NCBI RefSeq assembly: GCF_041248615.1
Contig: NZ_CP158426.1
DNA from: Escherichia coli
GTDB lineage: Bacteria; Pseudomonadota; Gammaproteobacteria; Enterobacterales; Enterobacteriaceae
Direction: 5' to 3' (one strand)
Length of the DNA: 64,000 bases
Each line of letters opens with the position of its first letter. Positions within the stretch are counted from its first letter, which is position 1. Below, in pieces: positions 15,400-27,060 of the stretch. The notes under the pieces are model-generated. The model was not told the DNA's origin and searched no databases. It saw only the letters and a program-made list of their open reading frames with translations. The position numbers and the translations under genes were made by a program.

Positions 15400-15512
15400 T
15401 AATCGGGGAAAGATGGTGGGAGAGTGGCGAAAGAAAGTAAAGCGGTGAGGAAGTATTTCGGAATAGCGCCTGAAAGGCGAGGGCGGGTGAGTGACATCAC
15501 CCGCCAGAGTCA

Positions 15513-16316
15513 TTAACGCTTCAGGGCGTCGCTTAACTCGTCACGCATGTTCGCCAGCATGGCTTTAACAACGCGCGGGTTACCAGCAACGATGTTACCG
15601 GTCAGCATGTAGTTATGACCACCGGTGAAGTCGCTGACGATGCCGCCCGCTTCACGAACCAGCAGCTCGCCTGCCGCGAAATCCCACGGACGCAGACCGA
15701 TTTCAAAGAAACCGTCAACGCGACCCGCAGCAACGTAAGCCAGATCCAGCGCCGCAGAACCGGTACGACGGAAGTCTGCACATTCGTTGAACAGTTTGCC
15801 GACGATGTTGATGTAGGTGGTGGCGTACTGTTTTGCTTTGAACGGGAAGCCGGTCGCCAGAATAGTACCGTCGAGATCGCGAGCGGTGCTGCCGCGCAGA
15901 CGGTAGCCGTTCAGCTGTGCGCCCTGACCGCGAGTGGCGGTGAACAGTTCGTTACGCATAGGATCGTAAACCACAGCAACTTCAGTGCGGCCTTTGATAC
16001 GAACGGCGATAGATACCGCGAAGTGCGGCAGACGTTTGATAAAGTTGGTAGTGCCATCCAGTGGATCGATAACCCATTGAACATCCTGATCAGTACCTTC
16101 AAGTTCACCGCTTTCTTCGGTGATGATGGTGTGCTGTGGGTAAGATTTACGAATCGTGTCGATAATCACCGCTTCGGCAGCTTTATCTACGTTGGTCACG
16201 AAGTCGTTACTGCCTTTCTGGCTCGCTTCTACAGCGTCCGGGGTTTCATAGTTTTTGGCAATTAAATTACCCGCCTTGCGCGCTGCGCGCACGGCGATGT
16301 TCAGCATCGGATGCAT
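15513..16316 (-). CDS. suhB: Inositol-1-monophosphatase
   Basis: 267 aa with IMPase motifs WVIDPLDGTTNF and DAAG. Confidence 0.9.
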   Translation of the reverse strand: MHPMLNIAVRAARKAGNLIAKNYETPDAVEASQKGSNDFVTNVDKAAEAVIIDTIRKSYPQHTIITEESGELEGTDQDVQWVIDPLDGTTNFIKRLPHFAVSIAVRIKGRTEVAVVYDPMRNELFTATRGQGAQLNGYRLRGSTARDLDGTILATGFPFKAKQYATTYINIVGKLFNECADFRRTGSAALDLAYVAAGRVDGFFEIGLRPWDFAAGELLVREAGGIVSDFTGGHNYMLTGNIVAGNPRVVKAMLANMRDELSDALKR

Positions 16317-16434
16317 CGGTCTCTCTCACTGGATGTTAAAGAACGGGAAAACGGCGCAGAGTATAGCAGCGAGATCGGCATCTGTCTTCGTTTTATGATA
16401 AGATGCGCGAATAATCTTTAGACGAAGAAAGACA

Positions 16435-17175
16435 ATGCTGCAAAATATTCGAATTGTGCTGGTGGAGACGTCACACACCGGCAATATGGGTTCTGTTGCC
16501 CGTGCCATGAAAACAATGGGATTAACCAATCTGTGGTTGGTTAATCCACTGGTGAAACCTGACTCCCAGGCGATTGCCCTGGCAGCAGGGGCCAGCGATG
16601 TGATTGGTAATGCTCATATCGTCGATACGCTCGACGAAGCGTTAGCCGGTTGTAGCCTGGTGGTGGGCACCAGCGCACGCTCCCGCACGCTGCCGTGGCC
16701 GATGCTCGACCCGCGCGAATGCGGTCTGAAAAGCGTCGCTGAAGCGGCAAATACCCCGGTGGCGCTGGTTTTTGGTCGCGAGCGCGTCGGCTTGACCAAT
16801 GAAGAGTTGCAGAAATGCCATTATCATGTCGCGATTGCCGCTAACCCGGAATACAGTTCGCTGAACCTGGCGATGGCGGTTCAGGTTATTGCCTATGAAG
16901 TGCGCATGGCCTGGCTTGCAACTCAGGAAAATGGTGAGCAGGTCGAGCATGAAGAGACGCCGTATCCGCTGGTCGATGATCTGGAGCGTTTTTATGGTCA
17001 TCTGGAACAAACGCTGCTGGCAACCGGTTTTATCCGTGAAAACCATCCGGGGCAGGTGATGAATAAATTGCGTCGTTTGTTTACCCGTGCGCGCCCGGAA
17101 AGCCAGGAATTGAATATCCTGCGCGGGATTCTGGCTTCTATAGAGCAGCAGAATAAAGGTAATAAGGCCGAATAA
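16435..17175 (+). CDS. trmJ: tRNA (cytidine/uridine-2'-O)-methyltransferase (SpoU family)
   Basis: 246 aa with SpoU/TrmH motifs ([28 protein letters not shown]). Confidence 0.9.
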
Positions 17176-17183
17176 TAGTGGTT

Positions 17184-17269
17184 GCCTGATGCGACGCTTA
17201 ACGCGTCTTATCAGGCCTACAATGTACAGAACCGTAGGTCGGATAAGGTGTTCACACCGCATCCGACAA
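17184..17269. repeat. REP/BIME palindromic elements (two units)
   Basis: gcctgatgcgacgcttaacgcgtcttatcaggcctac and gtaggtcggataaggtgttcacaccgcatccgaca, both typical enterobacterial REP palindromes. Confidence 0.7.
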
Positions 17270-17329
17270 CAGGTACAAACGCCACGATAAAAAAATGGCA
17301 CTGAAGGTTAAATACCCGACTAAATCAGT

Positions 17330-17440
17330 CAAGTAAATAGTTGACCAATTTACTCGGGAATGTCAGACTTGACCCTGCTATGCAATACCCCCACTTTTAC
17401 AATAAAAAACCCCGGGCAGGGGCGAGTTTGAGGTGAAGTA
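17330..17440. promoter_or_regulatory. iscR promoter and IscR autoregulatory operator region
   Basis: Upstream of iscR: ttgacc -35-like hexamers (ttgaccaattt, gacttgaccc) and AT-rich -10 candidates. Known biology is that IscR represses its own promoter; exact sites were not mapped. Confidence 0.5.
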
Positions 17441-17444
17441 AGAC

Positions 17445-17933
17445 ATGAGACTGACATCTAAAGGGCGCTATGCCGTGACCGCAATGCTTGACGTTGCGCT
17501 CAACTCTGAAGCGGGCCCGGTACCGTTGGCTGATATTTCCGAACGTCAGGGAATTTCCCTTTCTTATCTGGAACAACTGTTTTCCCGTCTGCGTAAAAAT
17601 GGTCTGGTTTCCAGCGTACGTGGACCAGGCGGTGGTTATCTGTTAGGCAAAGATGCCAGCAGTATCGCCGTTGGCGAAGTGATTAGCGCCGTTGACGAAT
17701 CTGTAGATGCCACCCGTTGTCAGGGTAAAGGCGGCTGCCAGGGCGGCGATAAATGCCTGACCCACGCGCTGTGGCGTGATTTGAGCGACCGTCTCACCGG
17801 TTTTCTCAACAACATTACTTTAGGCGAACTGGTTAATAACCAGGAAGTGCTGGATGTGTCTGGTCGTCAGCATACTCACGACGCGCCACGCACCCGCACA
17901 CAAGACGCGATCGACGTTAAGTTACGCGCTTAA
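17445..17933 (+). CDS. iscR: Fe-S cluster regulator IscR (Rrf2 family)
   Basis: 162 aa, [19 protein letters not shown] with Cys ligands C92, C98, C104. Confidence 0.95.
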
Positions 17934-18044
17934 TAAAAAGTATTCAGAATCAGGCCGGAGTGTTTAACACTCCGTAAACACGGTCGTACATCCAGCCGGT
18001 AGCCTGGTTCCTTGCATTGAGTGATGTACGGAGTTTATAGAGCA

Positions 18045-19259
18045 ATGAAATTACCGATTTATCTCGACTACTCCGCAACCACGCCGGTGGACCCGCGTGT
18101 TGCCGAGAAAATGATGCAGTTTATGACGATGGACGGAACCTTTGGTAACCCGGCCTCCCGTTCTCACCGTTTCGGCTGGCAGGCTGAAGAAGCGGTAGAT
18201 ATCGCCCGTAATCAGATTGCCGATCTGGTCGGCGCTGACCCGCGTGAAATCGTCTTTACCTCTGGTGCAACCGAATCTGACAACCTGGCGATCAAAGGTG
18301 CAGCCAACTTTTATCAGAAAAAAGGCAAGCACATCATCACCAGCAAAACCGAACACAAAGCGGTACTGGATACCTGCCGTCAGCTGGAGCGCGAAGGTTT
18401 CGAAGTCACCTACCTGGCACCGCAGCGTAACGGCATTATCGACCTGAAAGAACTTGAAGCAGCGATGCGTGACGACACCATCCTCGTTTCTATCATGCAC
18501 GTGAATAACGAAATCGGCGTGGTGCAGGATATCGCGGCTATCGGCGAAATGTGCCGTGCTCGCGGCATTATCTATCACGTTGATGCAACCCAGAGCGTGG
18601 GCAAACTGCCTATCGACCTGAGCCAGTTGAAAGTTGACCTGATGTCATTCTCCGGTCACAAAATCTATGGCCCGAAAGGTATCGGTGCGCTGTATGTACG
18701 TCGTAAACCGCGCGTACGCATCGAAGCGCAAATGCACGGCGGCGGTCACGAGCGCGGTATGCGTTCCGGCACCCTGCCTGTCCACCAGATCGTCGGTATG
18801 GGCGAAGCCTATCGCATCGCAAAAGAAGAGATGGCGACCGAGATGGAACGTCTGCGCGGCCTGCGTAACCGTCTGTGGAACGGCATCAAAGATATCGAAG
18901 AAGTTTACCTGAACGGTGACCTGGAACACGGCGCGCCGAACATTCTCAACGTCAGCTTCAACTACGTTGAAGGTGAGTCGCTGATTATGGCGCTGAAAGA
19001 CCTCGCGGTTTCTTCAGGTTCCGCCTGTACGTCAGCAAGCCTCGAACCGTCCTACGTGCTGCGCGCGCTGGGGCTGAACGACGAGCTGGCACATAGCTCT
19101 ATCCGTTTCTCTTTAGGTCGTTTTACTACTGAAGAAGAGATCGACTACACCATCGAGTTAGTTCGTAAATCCATCGGTCGTCTGCGTGACCTTTCTCCGC
19201 TGTGGGAAATGTACAAGCAGGGCGTGGATCTGAACAGCATCGAATGGGCTCATCATTAA
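18045..19259 (+). CDS. iscS: Cysteine desulfurase
   Basis: 404 aa from [19 protein letters not shown]-lysine motif [12 protein letters not shown]; active-site SSGSACTS. Confidence 0.95.
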
Positions 19260-19286
19260 TCGGTATCGGAATCAGGAGAATTTATA

Positions 19287-19673
19287 ATGGCTTACAGCGA
19301 AAAAGTTATCGACCATTACGAGAATCCGCGTAACGTGGGTTCCTTTGACAACAACGACGAGAACGTCGGCAGCGGCATGGTGGGTGCACCGGCATGTGGC
19401 GATGTGATGAAGTTGCAGATTAAAGTCAACGATGAAGGTATCATTGAAGACGCGCGTTTTAAAACTTACGGCTGCGGTTCTGCTATCGCTTCCAGCTCCC
19501 TGGTCACCGAATGGGTGAAAGGGAAGTCTCTCGACGAAGCGCAGGCGATCAAAAACACCGATATTGCTGAAGAACTTGAACTGCCGCCAGTGAAAATTCA
19601 CTGTTCTATTCTGGCAGAAGACGCGATCAAAGCCGCCATTGCGGACTATAAAAGCAAACGTGAAGCAAAATAA
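19287..19673 (+). CDS. iscU: Fe-S cluster scaffold protein
   Basis: 128 aa with GAPACGDVMKL, YGCGSAIASSS and LPPVKIHCS motifs. Confidence 0.95.
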   Translation: MAYSEKVIDHYENPRNVGSFDNNDENVGSGMVGAPACGDVMKLQIKVNDEGIIEDARFKTYGCGSAIASSSLVTEWVKGKSLDEAQAIKNTDIAEELELPPVKIHCSILAEDAIKAAIADYKSKREAK

Positions 19674-19689
19674 GAGTTGAGGTTTGGTT

Positions 19690-20013
19690 ATGTCGATTAC
19701 ACTGAGCGACAGTGCAGCAGCGCGAGTAAATACCTTTCTGGCTAACCGTGGCAAAGGGTTTGGCCTGCGTCTGGGCGTGAGAACCTCCGGATGTTCAGGT
19801 ATGGCTTATGTACTGGAATTTGTTGACGAACCGACGCCGGAAGACATCGTGTTTGAAGACAAAGGCGTGAAAGTCGTGGTCGATGGCAAAAGCCTGCAAT
19901 TTCTGGACGGTACGCAGCTGGACTTCGTAAAAGAAGGCCTGAACGAAGGGTTTAAATTCACCAACCCGAACGTTAAAGATGAGTGTGGTTGCGGCGAAAG
20001 CTTCCACGTTTGA
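19690..20013 (+). CDS. iscA: Fe-S cluster A-type carrier
   Basis: 107 aa from [11 protein letters not shown]-terminal CGCGESF. Confidence 0.9.
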   Translation: MSITLSDSAAARVNTFLANRGKGFGLRLGVRTSGCSGMAYVLEFVDEPTPEDIVFEDKGVKVVVDGKSLQFLDGTQLDFVKEGLNEGFKFTNPNVKDECGCGESFHV

Positions 20014-20108
20014 TGCGCATACCGATAACCCCACCGTGGTCGCCTGCGCGTGGGGTTTGTTTTACCTGATTCGCCGTTATCGCGGCGGATCGCAGCCCTG
20101 AGAATGTT

Positions 20109-20624
20109 ATGGATTACTTCACCCTCTTTGGCTTGCCTGCCCGTTATCAACTCGATACCCAGGCGCTGAGCCTGCGTTTTCAGGATCTACAACGTCAGTA
20201 TCATCCTGATAAATTCGCCAGCGGAAGCCAGGCGGAACAACTCGCCGCCGTACAGCAATCTGCAACCATTAACCAGGCCTGGCAAACGCTGCGTCATCCG
20301 TTAATGCGCGCGGAATATTTGCTTTCTTTGCACGGTTTTGATCTCGCCAGCGAGCAGCATACTGTGCGCGATACCGCGTTCCTGATGGAACAGCTGGAGC
20401 TGCGCGAAGAACTGGACGAGATCGAACAGGCGAAAGATGAAGCGCGGCTGGAAAGCTTTATCAAACGTGTGAAAAAGATGTTTGATACCCGCCATCAGTT
20501 GATGGTTGAACAGTTAGACAACGAGACGTGGGACGCGGCGGCGGATACCGTGCGTAAGCTGCGTTTTCTCGATAAACTGCGAAGCAGTGCCGAACAACTC
20601 GAAGAAAAACTGCTCGATTTTTAA
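20109..20624 (+). CDS. hscB: Co-chaperone HscB (J-domain)
   Basis: 171 aa with J-domain HPD motif (YHPDKF). Confidence 0.9.
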   Translation: MDYFTLFGLPARYQLDTQALSLRFQDLQRQYHPDKFASGSQAEQLAAVQQSATINQAWQTLRHPLMRAEYLLSLHGFDLASEQHTVRDTAFLMEQLELREELDEIEQAKDEARLESFIKRVKKMFDTRHQLMVEQLDNETWDAAADTVRKLRFLDKLRSSAEQLEEKLLDF

Positions 20625-20640
20625 TTTCTGGAAGCTAAAC

Positions 20641-22491
20641 ATGGCCTTATTACAAATTAGTGAACCTGGTTTGAGTGCTGCGCCGCATCAGCGTCGTCTG
20701 GCGGCCGGTATTGACCTAGGCACAACCAACTCGCTGGTGGCGACAGTGCGCAGCGGTCAGGCCGAAACGTTAGCCGACCATGAAGGCCGTCACCTGCTGC
20801 CGTCTGTTGTTCACTATCAACAGCAAGGGCATTCGGTGGGTTATGACGCACGTACTAACGCAGCGCTTGACACCGCCAACACCATTAGTTCTGTTAAACG
20901 CCTGATGGGGCGCTCGCTGGCTGATATCCAGCAACGCTATCCGCATCTGCCTTATCAATTCCAGGCCAGCGAAAACGGCCTGCCGATGATTGAAACGGCG
21001 GCGGGGCTGCTGAACCCGGTGCGCGTTTCTGCGGACATCCTCAAAGCACTGGCGGCGCGGGCAACTGAAGCCCTGGCAGGCGAGCTGGATGGTGTCGTTA
21101 TCACCGTTCCGGCGTACTTTGACGATGCCCAGCGTCAGGGCACCAAAGACGCGGCGCGTCTGGCGGGGTTGCATGTTCTGCGCTTACTTAACGAACCGAC
21201 CGCTGCGGCTATCGCCTACGGGCTGGATTCCGGTCAGGAAGGCGTGATCGCTGTTTATGACCTCGGCGGCGGGACGTTTGATATTTCCATTCTGCGCTTA
21301 AGTCGCGGCGTGTTTGAAGTGCTGGCGACCGGCGGTGATTCCGCGCTCGGCGGCGATGATTTCGACCATCTGCTGGCGGATTATATTCGCGAGCAGGCGG
21401 GCATTCCTGATCGTAGCGATAACCGCGTTCAGCGTGAACTGCTGGATGCCGCCATTGCAGCCAAAATCGCGCTGAGCGATGCGGACTCCGTGACCGTTAA
21501 CGTTGCGGGCTGGCAGGGCGAAATCAGCCGTGAACAATTCAATGAACTGATCGCGCCACTGGTAAAACGAACCTTACTGGCTTGTCGTCGCGCGCTGAAA
21601 GACGCGGGTGTAGAAGCTGATGAAGTGCTGGAAGTGGTGATGGTTGGCGGTTCTACCCGCGTGCCGCTGGTGCGTGAACGGGTGGGCGAATTTTTCGGTC
21701 GTCCACCGCTGACTTCTATCGACCCGGATAAAGTCGTCGCTATTGGCGCGGCGATTCAGGCGGATATTCTGGTGGGTAACAAGCCGGACAGCGAAATGCT
21801 GTTGCTGGATGTGATCCCGCTGTCGCTGGGCCTCGAGACCATGGGCGGCCTGGTGGAGAAAGTGATCCCGCGTAATACCACGATTCCGGTGGCCCGCGCC
21901 CAGGATTTCACCACCTTTAAAGATGGTCAGACGGCAATGTCTATCCATGTGATGCAGGGTGAACGTGAACTGGTGCAGGACTGCCGCTCGCTGGCGCGTT
22001 TTGCACTGCGTGGTATCCCGGCGCTACCGGCTGGCGGCGCGCATATTCGCGTAACGTTCCAGGTCGATGCCGACGGTCTTTTGAGCGTGACGGCGATGGA
22101 GAAATCCACCGGCGTTGAGGCGTCTATTCAGGTCAAACCGTCTTATGGTCTGACCGATAGCGAAATCGCTTCGATGATCAAAGACTCAATGAGCTATGCC
22201 GAGCAGGACGTAAAAGCCCGTATGCTGGCAGAACAAAAAGTAGAAGCGGCGCGTGTGCTGGAAAGTCTGCACGGCGCGCTGGCTGCTGATGCCGCGCTGT
22301 TAAGCACCGCAGAGCGTCAGGTCATTGACGATGCTGCCGCTCACCTGAGTGAAGTGGCGCAGGGCGATGATGTTGACGCTATCGAACAAGCGATTAAAAA
22401 CGTAGACAAACAAACCCAGGATTTCGCCGCTCGCCGCATGGACCAGTCGGTTCGTCGTGCGCTGAAAGGCCATTCCGTGGACGAGGTTTAA
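20641..22491 (+). CDS. hscA: Hsp70-type chaperone HscA
   Basis: 616 aa from MALLQISEP with Hsp70 motifs GIDLGTTNS and DLGGGTFD. The tracked ORF starts upstream inside hscB. Confidence 0.9.
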   Translation: MALLQISEPGLSAAPHQRRLAAGIDLGTTNSLVATVRSGQAETLADHEGRHLLPSVVHYQQQGHSVGYDARTNAALDTANTISSVKRLMGRSLADIQQRYPHLPYQFQASENGLPMIETAAGLLNPVRVSADILKALAARATEALAGELDGVVITVPAYFDDAQRQGTKDAARLAGLHVLRLLNEPTAAAIAYGLDSGQEGVIAVYDLGGGTFDISILRLSRGVFEVLATGGDSALGGDDFDHLLADYIREQAGIPDRSDNRVQRELLDAAIAAKIALSDADSVTVNVAGWQGEISREQFNELIAPLVKRTLLACRRALKDAGVEADEVLEVVMVGGSTRVPLVRERVGEFFGRPPLTSIDPDKVVAIGAAIQADILVGNKPDSEMLLLDVIPLSLGLETMGGLVEKVIPRNTTIPVARAQDFTTFKDGQTAMSIHVMQGERELVQDCRSLARFALRGIPALPAGGAHIRVTFQVDADGLLSVTAMEKSTGVEASIQVKPSYGLTDSEIASMIKDSMSYAEQDVKARMLAEQKVEAARVLESLHGALAADAALLSTAERQVIDDAAAHLSEVAQGDDVDAIEQAIKNVDKQTQDFAARRMDQSVRRALKGHSVDEV

Positions 22492-22492
22492 T

Positions 22493-22828
22493 ATGCCAAA
22501 GATTGTTATTTTGCCTCATCAGGATCTCTGCCCTGATGGCGCTGTTCTGGAAGCGAATAGTGGTGAAACCATTCTCGACGTTGCGCTGCGTAACGGTATC
22601 GAGATTGAACACGCCTGTGAAAAATCCTGTGCTTGCACCACCTGCCACTGCATCGTTCGCGAAGGTTTTGACTCGCTGCCGGAAAGCTCAGAGCAGGAAG
22701 ACGACATGCTGGACAAAGCCTGGGGACTGGAGCCGGAAAGCCGTTTAAGCTGCCAGGCGCGCGTTACCGACGAAGATTTAGTGGTCGAAATCCCGCGTTA
22801 CACTATCAACCATGCGCGTGAGCATTAA
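22493..22828 (+). CDS. fdx: [2Fe-2S] ferredoxin
   Basis: 111 aa with adrenodoxin-type Cys pattern ([12 protein letters not shown] ... LSCQ). Confidence 0.9.
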
Positions 22829-22839
22829 CAGAGGTTAGT

Positions 22840-23040
22840 ATGGGACTTAAGTGGACCGATAGCCGCGAAATTGGCGAAGCACTGTACGATGCGTATCCCG
22901 ATCTTGATCCGAAAACGGTTCGATTCACCGATATGCATCAGTGGATTTGCGATCTGGAAGATTTCGACGACGACCCGCAGGCATCCAACGAGAAAATCCT
23001 CGAAGCGATTTTGTTAGTCTGGCTGGACGAAGCCGAATAA
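22840..23040 (+). CDS. iscX: Fe-S assembly protein IscX
   Basis: 66-aa acidic protein, [21 protein letters not shown]. Confidence 0.85.
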
Positions 23041-23284
23041 TTTCCGCGTCATGCTTCACGCCGCAGATGCGTTGGCTGCGCTCGTTCACCCCAGTCACAT
23101 AGTTATCTATGCTCCTGGGGCTTCACTCACTTGCCGCGTGATTCGGCCTTTTGGCCTCACCCCTTTGGGGCCAGCGCAAGCGCTGTTCAAAACGCAATGC
23201 GTTTTGTCCTGCAACGCGAATCATTTAGCGGAAAAATCCTGGGGCTGCCAACTGGCGGCCCTTTTACAAAGAAGGATAACTAAA

Positions 23285-24568
23285 ATGACAGAAGCGATGA
23301 AGATTACCCTCTCTACCCAACCTGCCGACGCGCGCTGGGGAGAAAAAGCGACTTACAGCATTAATAATGATGGCATTACCCTGCATTTGAACGGGGCAGA
23401 CGATCTGGGGCTGATCCAGCGTGCGGCGCGCAAGATTGACGGTCTGGGCATCAAGCATGTTCAGTTAAGCGGTGAAGACTGGGATGCGGATCGCTGCTGG
23501 GCATTCTGGCAAGGTTACAAAGCCCCGAAAGGCACACGTAAAGTGGAGTGGCCGGATCTGGACGATGCCCAACGGCAGGAACTGGATAACCGCCTGATGA
23601 TCATCGACTGGGTGCGTGACACCATCAACGCACCGGCGGAAGAACTGGGGCCATCGCAACTGGCACAGCGTGCTGTTGATCTGATCAGCAATGTCGCGGG
23701 CGATCGTGTGACTTACCGGATCACCAAAGGCGAAGATCTGCGTGATCAAGGTTATATGGGGCTGCACACGGTCGGACGCGGTTCAGAACGTTCTCCGGTA
23801 TTGCTGGCGCTGGATTACAACCCGACTGGCGATAAAGAAGCGCCAGTGTACGCGTGCCTGGTTGGTAAAGGCATCACCTTTGATTCCGGCGGCTACAGTA
23901 TCAAACAGACCGCATTTATGGACTCGATGAAGTCGGACATGGGCGGCGCGGCAACGGTTACCGGGGCGCTGGCGTTTGCCATTACGCGCGGACTGAACAA
24001 GCGCGTGAAGCTGTTCCTCTGCTGTGCGGATAACCTGATCAGCGGCAACGCGTTCAAACTGGGCGATATTATTACCTATCGCAACGGTAAAAAAGTTGAA
24101 GTGATGAACACTGATGCGGAAGGGCGTCTGGTGCTGGCCGATGGCCTGATTGATGCCAGTGCGCAGAAACCGGAACTGATCATTGATGCGGCGACCCTCA
24201 CCGGGGCGGCGAAAACTGCGCTGGGTAATGATTATCACGCGCTGTTCAGTTTTGACGATGCGCTTGCCGGTCGCTTGCTGGCGAGTGCCGCGCAGGAGAA
24301 TGAACCGTTCTGGCGTCTGCCGCTGGCGGAGTTCCACCGCAGCCAGCTGCCGTCTAACTTTGCCGAACTGAACAATACCGGAAGCGCGGCGTACCCGGCA
24401 GGCGCGAGCACGGCGGCGGGCTTCCTGTCGCACTTTGTTGAGAACTATCAGCAAGGCTGGCTGCATATCGACTGCTCGGCGACTTACCGTAAAGCGCCGG
24501 TTGAACAGTGGTCTGCGGGTGCTACGGGACTTGGTGTGCGCACGATTGCTAATCTGTTAACGGCGTAA
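23285..24568 (+). CDS. pepB: Peptidase B (M17 leucyl aminopeptidase family)
   Basis: 427 aa from [11 protein letters not shown] with M17 signature [12 protein letters not shown]. The tracked ORF extends 78 codons upstream with no supporting start. Confidence 0.85.
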
Positions 24569-24581
24569 ACGTCTTATTTGG

Positions 24582-24654
24582 CCTACAAAATTGCGAAAAT
24601 CCAATAGATTGAGATTCCCTTGTAGGCCTGATAAGCGTAGCGCATCAGGCACTT
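24582..24654. repeat. REP palindromic element
   Basis: gcctacaa...ttgtaggcctgataagcgtagcgcatcaggcac, a REP consensus downstream of pepB. Confidence 0.6.
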
Positions 24655-24686
24655 GTGCCCCGAACGTTGAATGAATTGTGGTTCTT

Positions 24687-25463
24687 ATGTCCGAAACAAA
24701 AAACGAACTTGAAGATCTGCTGGAAAAAGCAGCAACCGAACCGGCGCACCGCCCGGCCTTTTTCCGTACTCTACTGGAATCCACCGTCTGGGTGCCGGGT
24801 ACGGCGGCGCAGGGCGAGGCTGTGGTTGAAGATAGCGCGCTTGATTTACAGCACTGGGAAAAAGAAGACGGCACCAGCGTCATTCCTTTTTTTACCTCGT
24901 TAGAAGCACTTCAACAGGCGGTTGAAGACGAACAGGCATTTGTCGTAATGCCCGTTCGCACATTGTTTGAGATGACCCTTGGCGAAACGCTCTTCCTTAA
25001 TGCCAAACTGCCAACCGGTAAAGAATTTATGCCGCGTGAAATCAGTTTGTTGATTGGTGAAGAAGGAAATCCGCTGAGCAGCCAGGAAGTACTGGAGGGC
25101 GGTGAATCGCTGATATTATCGGAAGTCGCAGAGCCGCCAGCACAAATGATTGATTCACTCACCACCTTATTTAAAACTATTAAGCCGGTGAAGCGTGCTT
25201 TTATTTGTTCAATTAAAGAGAACGAAGAGGCACAGCCTAATTTACTTATTGGCATTGAAGCCGATGGTGATATCGAAGAAATTATTCAGGCGGCGGGAAG
25301 TGTAGCGACCGATACATTACCTGGCGATGAACCCATCGATATTTGTCAGGTGAAAAAAGGGGAAAAAGGAATTAGCCACTTTATTACCGAACATATTGTG
25401 CCATTCTATGAACGTCGCTGGGGTGGTTTTTTGCGTGACTTTAAACAGAACCGGATAATCTAA
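24687..25463 (+). CDS. sseB: Protein SseB (enhanced serine sensitivity)
   Basis: 258 aa from MSETKNELEDLLEKA; position between pepB and sseA. Confidence 0.8.
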   Translation: MSETKNELEDLLEKAATEPAHRPAFFRTLLESTVWVPGTAAQGEAVVEDSALDLQHWEKEDGTSVIPFFTSLEALQQAVEDEQAFVVMPVRTLFEMTLGETLFLNAKLPTGKEFMPREISLLIGEEGNPLSSQEVLEGGESLILSEVAEPPAQMIDSLTTLFKTIKPVKRAFICSIKENEEAQPNLLIGIEADGDIEEIIQAAGSVATDTLPGDEPIDICQVKKGEKGISHFITEHIVPFYERRWGGFLRDFKQNRII

Positions 25464-25794
25464 AATATGCCGCCCCAAAGGGCGGCATTCGGGCTTACCT
25501 GCTGTTCTGAAGGTTGTTAACCACCAGTAAATTGTTGCCGGAGAGACTCCGGTTATTATTTACCTCGGTTAACAGCGCACCAGAAACAATAAGTACGATA
25601 CAAAAGCACCGTATCTTCATTGTGCGGTCCATGCGAAGACCGCATCACGACAGCACCACTGGCGATATTGCCGCGATAGCAAGCGCTGTGAAACACCTGC
25701 ATTTACGGCCATGGAACATCCTTTCCTTAAGCCAGCGCCCGTTTGCGAGACGGCGGAAAGGGCCGGTGTCGATAATACGCTAAATAAACAATGA

Positions 25795-26928
25795 TTACTC
25801 TCTTTCGCTGTGTAAGTTCACAGAGATATTGCAATTACCTCCGGATAAGTAAGGGGAGATTGCACTATGCAAATGCAGCATCTGATGGTTGGCTATCCTA
25901 AGTACTACCAAACGGCCGATTATGCGTTGAGGCTTTCAGTGATGGCTGATACAGCAACAATGAGAATGAAGGCTCTGCACTTCTGGGATAAACACGGTAT
26001 TTCTGCAGCTTCTGAAGCCTTTGGCGTGTCCTGCCGCACGCTTTACTGGTGGCGTCAGTTACTGAACAAGGGAGGACCTGAGGGGCTAATCCCGCACAGT
26101 AAGGCACCTCTGGTGCGACGAAAAAAGCACTGGCATCCCGATGTGCTGAAAGAGATTCGACGGCTGCGGACAGAGCTGCCGAACCTCGGTAAAGAGCAGA
26201 TTTTTGTTCGCCTGAAGCCCTGGTGCGAACAGCGCTATCTGGCCTGTCCAAGTGTTTCCACCATCGGCAGAATGATCGCTGCCGCACACGATAAAATGCG
26301 AATGATACCTGTGCGTCTGGGCTCGCGGGGGAAGGCACTGCTTGTCAAAAAGCGGTCTGCCAAACCCCGCAGACCAAAGCACTACCGCCCGGTAAAGACA
26401 GGTGAGCTCATTGGGATGGACGCCATTGAGCTCAGAATGGGCGAACTGCGTCGCTATGTCATCACCATGATCGACGAATGCAGCAATTACGCGCTGGCGC
26501 TGGCTGTACCGTCGCTCAACAGTGATATCGTCAATCACTTCTTCAGCCGTGCAGCCCGGCTGTTCCCGGTCGGTATCAGTCAGATAATCACAGATAACGG
26601 AAAAGAGTTCCTGGGAAACTTCAACAAAACGCTGCAGGAAGCCGCTATCAAACACCTCTGGACCTATCCCTACACGCCAAAAATGAACGCTATCTGTGAA
26701 CGTTTTAACCGGACGTTAAGAGAGCAGTTTATTGAATTTAATGAGATTTTACTCTTTGAAGATCTGGCGCTATTTAATCAGAAGCTGGGGGAATATCTGG
26801 TACTGTATAACAGCAAAAGGCCCCATAAGGCGCTCGCACTAATGACGCCCGTGGAATATATTTTAAGAGAGAACAAAAATTGCAATATGTGGTGGACCCA
26901 TACATTCGCTTGACAAAAAGAGAGTTAC
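25795..26928. mobile_element. IS481-family insertion sequence
   Basis: Single transposase ORF flanked by short imperfect inverted repeats (left ttactctcttt near 25795; right aaagagagtta near 26918-26928). Boundaries are approximate. Confidence 0.5.
25867..26913 (+). CDS. IS481-family DDE transposase (integrase core)
   Basis: N-terminal helix-turn-helix and rve core with candidate catalytic residues in GMDAIE, ITDNGKEF and CERFNRTLREQ. The true start may be an internal Met. Confidence 0.75.
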   Translation: MQMQHLMVGYPKYYQTADYALRLSVMADTATMRMKALHFWDKHGISAASEAFGVSCRTLYWWRQLLNKGGPEGLIPHSKAPLVRRKKHWHPDVLKEIRRLRTELPNLGKEQIFVRLKPWCEQRYLACPSVSTIGRMIAAAHDKMRMIPVRLGSRGKALLVKKRSAKPRRPKHYRPVKTGELIGMDAIELRMGELRRYVITMIDECSNYALALAVPSLNSDIVNHFFSRAARLFPVGISQIITDNGKEFLGNFNKTLQEAAIKHLWTYPYTPKMNAICERFNRTLREQFIEFNEILLFEDLALFNQKLGEYLVLYNSKRPHKALALMTPVEYILRENKNCNMWWTHTFA

Positions 26929-27060
26929 TGGCGAGTATTGCTTTGCTGTGAAGCACCTGCGTTGCTCCGACAACACAAGTCAACCTGCTGGAAAGGCCGC
27001 GAACCAGACCAGCAATAAAAAACCGCCAAATTCGGCGGTTTTTTATTGCCTGTAAAAAGC

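Noticed and set aside
20587..20640. Apparent 54-nt overlap of the hscA ORF with hscB, and similar long 5' extensions of pepB, sseA, guaB, der, iscS, hcaR and yphC
   Set aside because: The six-frame track reports the longest open frame. The true starts are internal ATG codons that give products of the known lengths.
23041..23284. 244-bp structured interval between iscX and pepB with several GC hairpins (for example ggccttttggcc, cccctttgggg)
   Set aside because: It could hold a terminator and the pepB promoter, or a small RNA, but I see no convincing terminator-plus-promoter architecture or recognisable RNA family from sequence alone.
23783..24466. Long antisense ORFs inside well-supported genes (for example 227 aa antisense to pepB, 270 aa antisense to guaB at 60565-61377, 206 aa antisense to rlmN at 36378-36998, 219 aa at 16642-17301)
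   Set aside because: They lie opposite genes with strong motif and synteny support, have Arg/Gln-rich low-complexity composition typical of GC-rich antisense frames, and have no RBS or known domain.
25514..25783. 89-aa plus-strand ORF in the sseB-sseA intergenic region
   Set aside because: No RBS, highly basic low-complexity sequence, and it overlaps hairpin-rich DNA more consistent with a small RNA or regulatory region than a protein gene.
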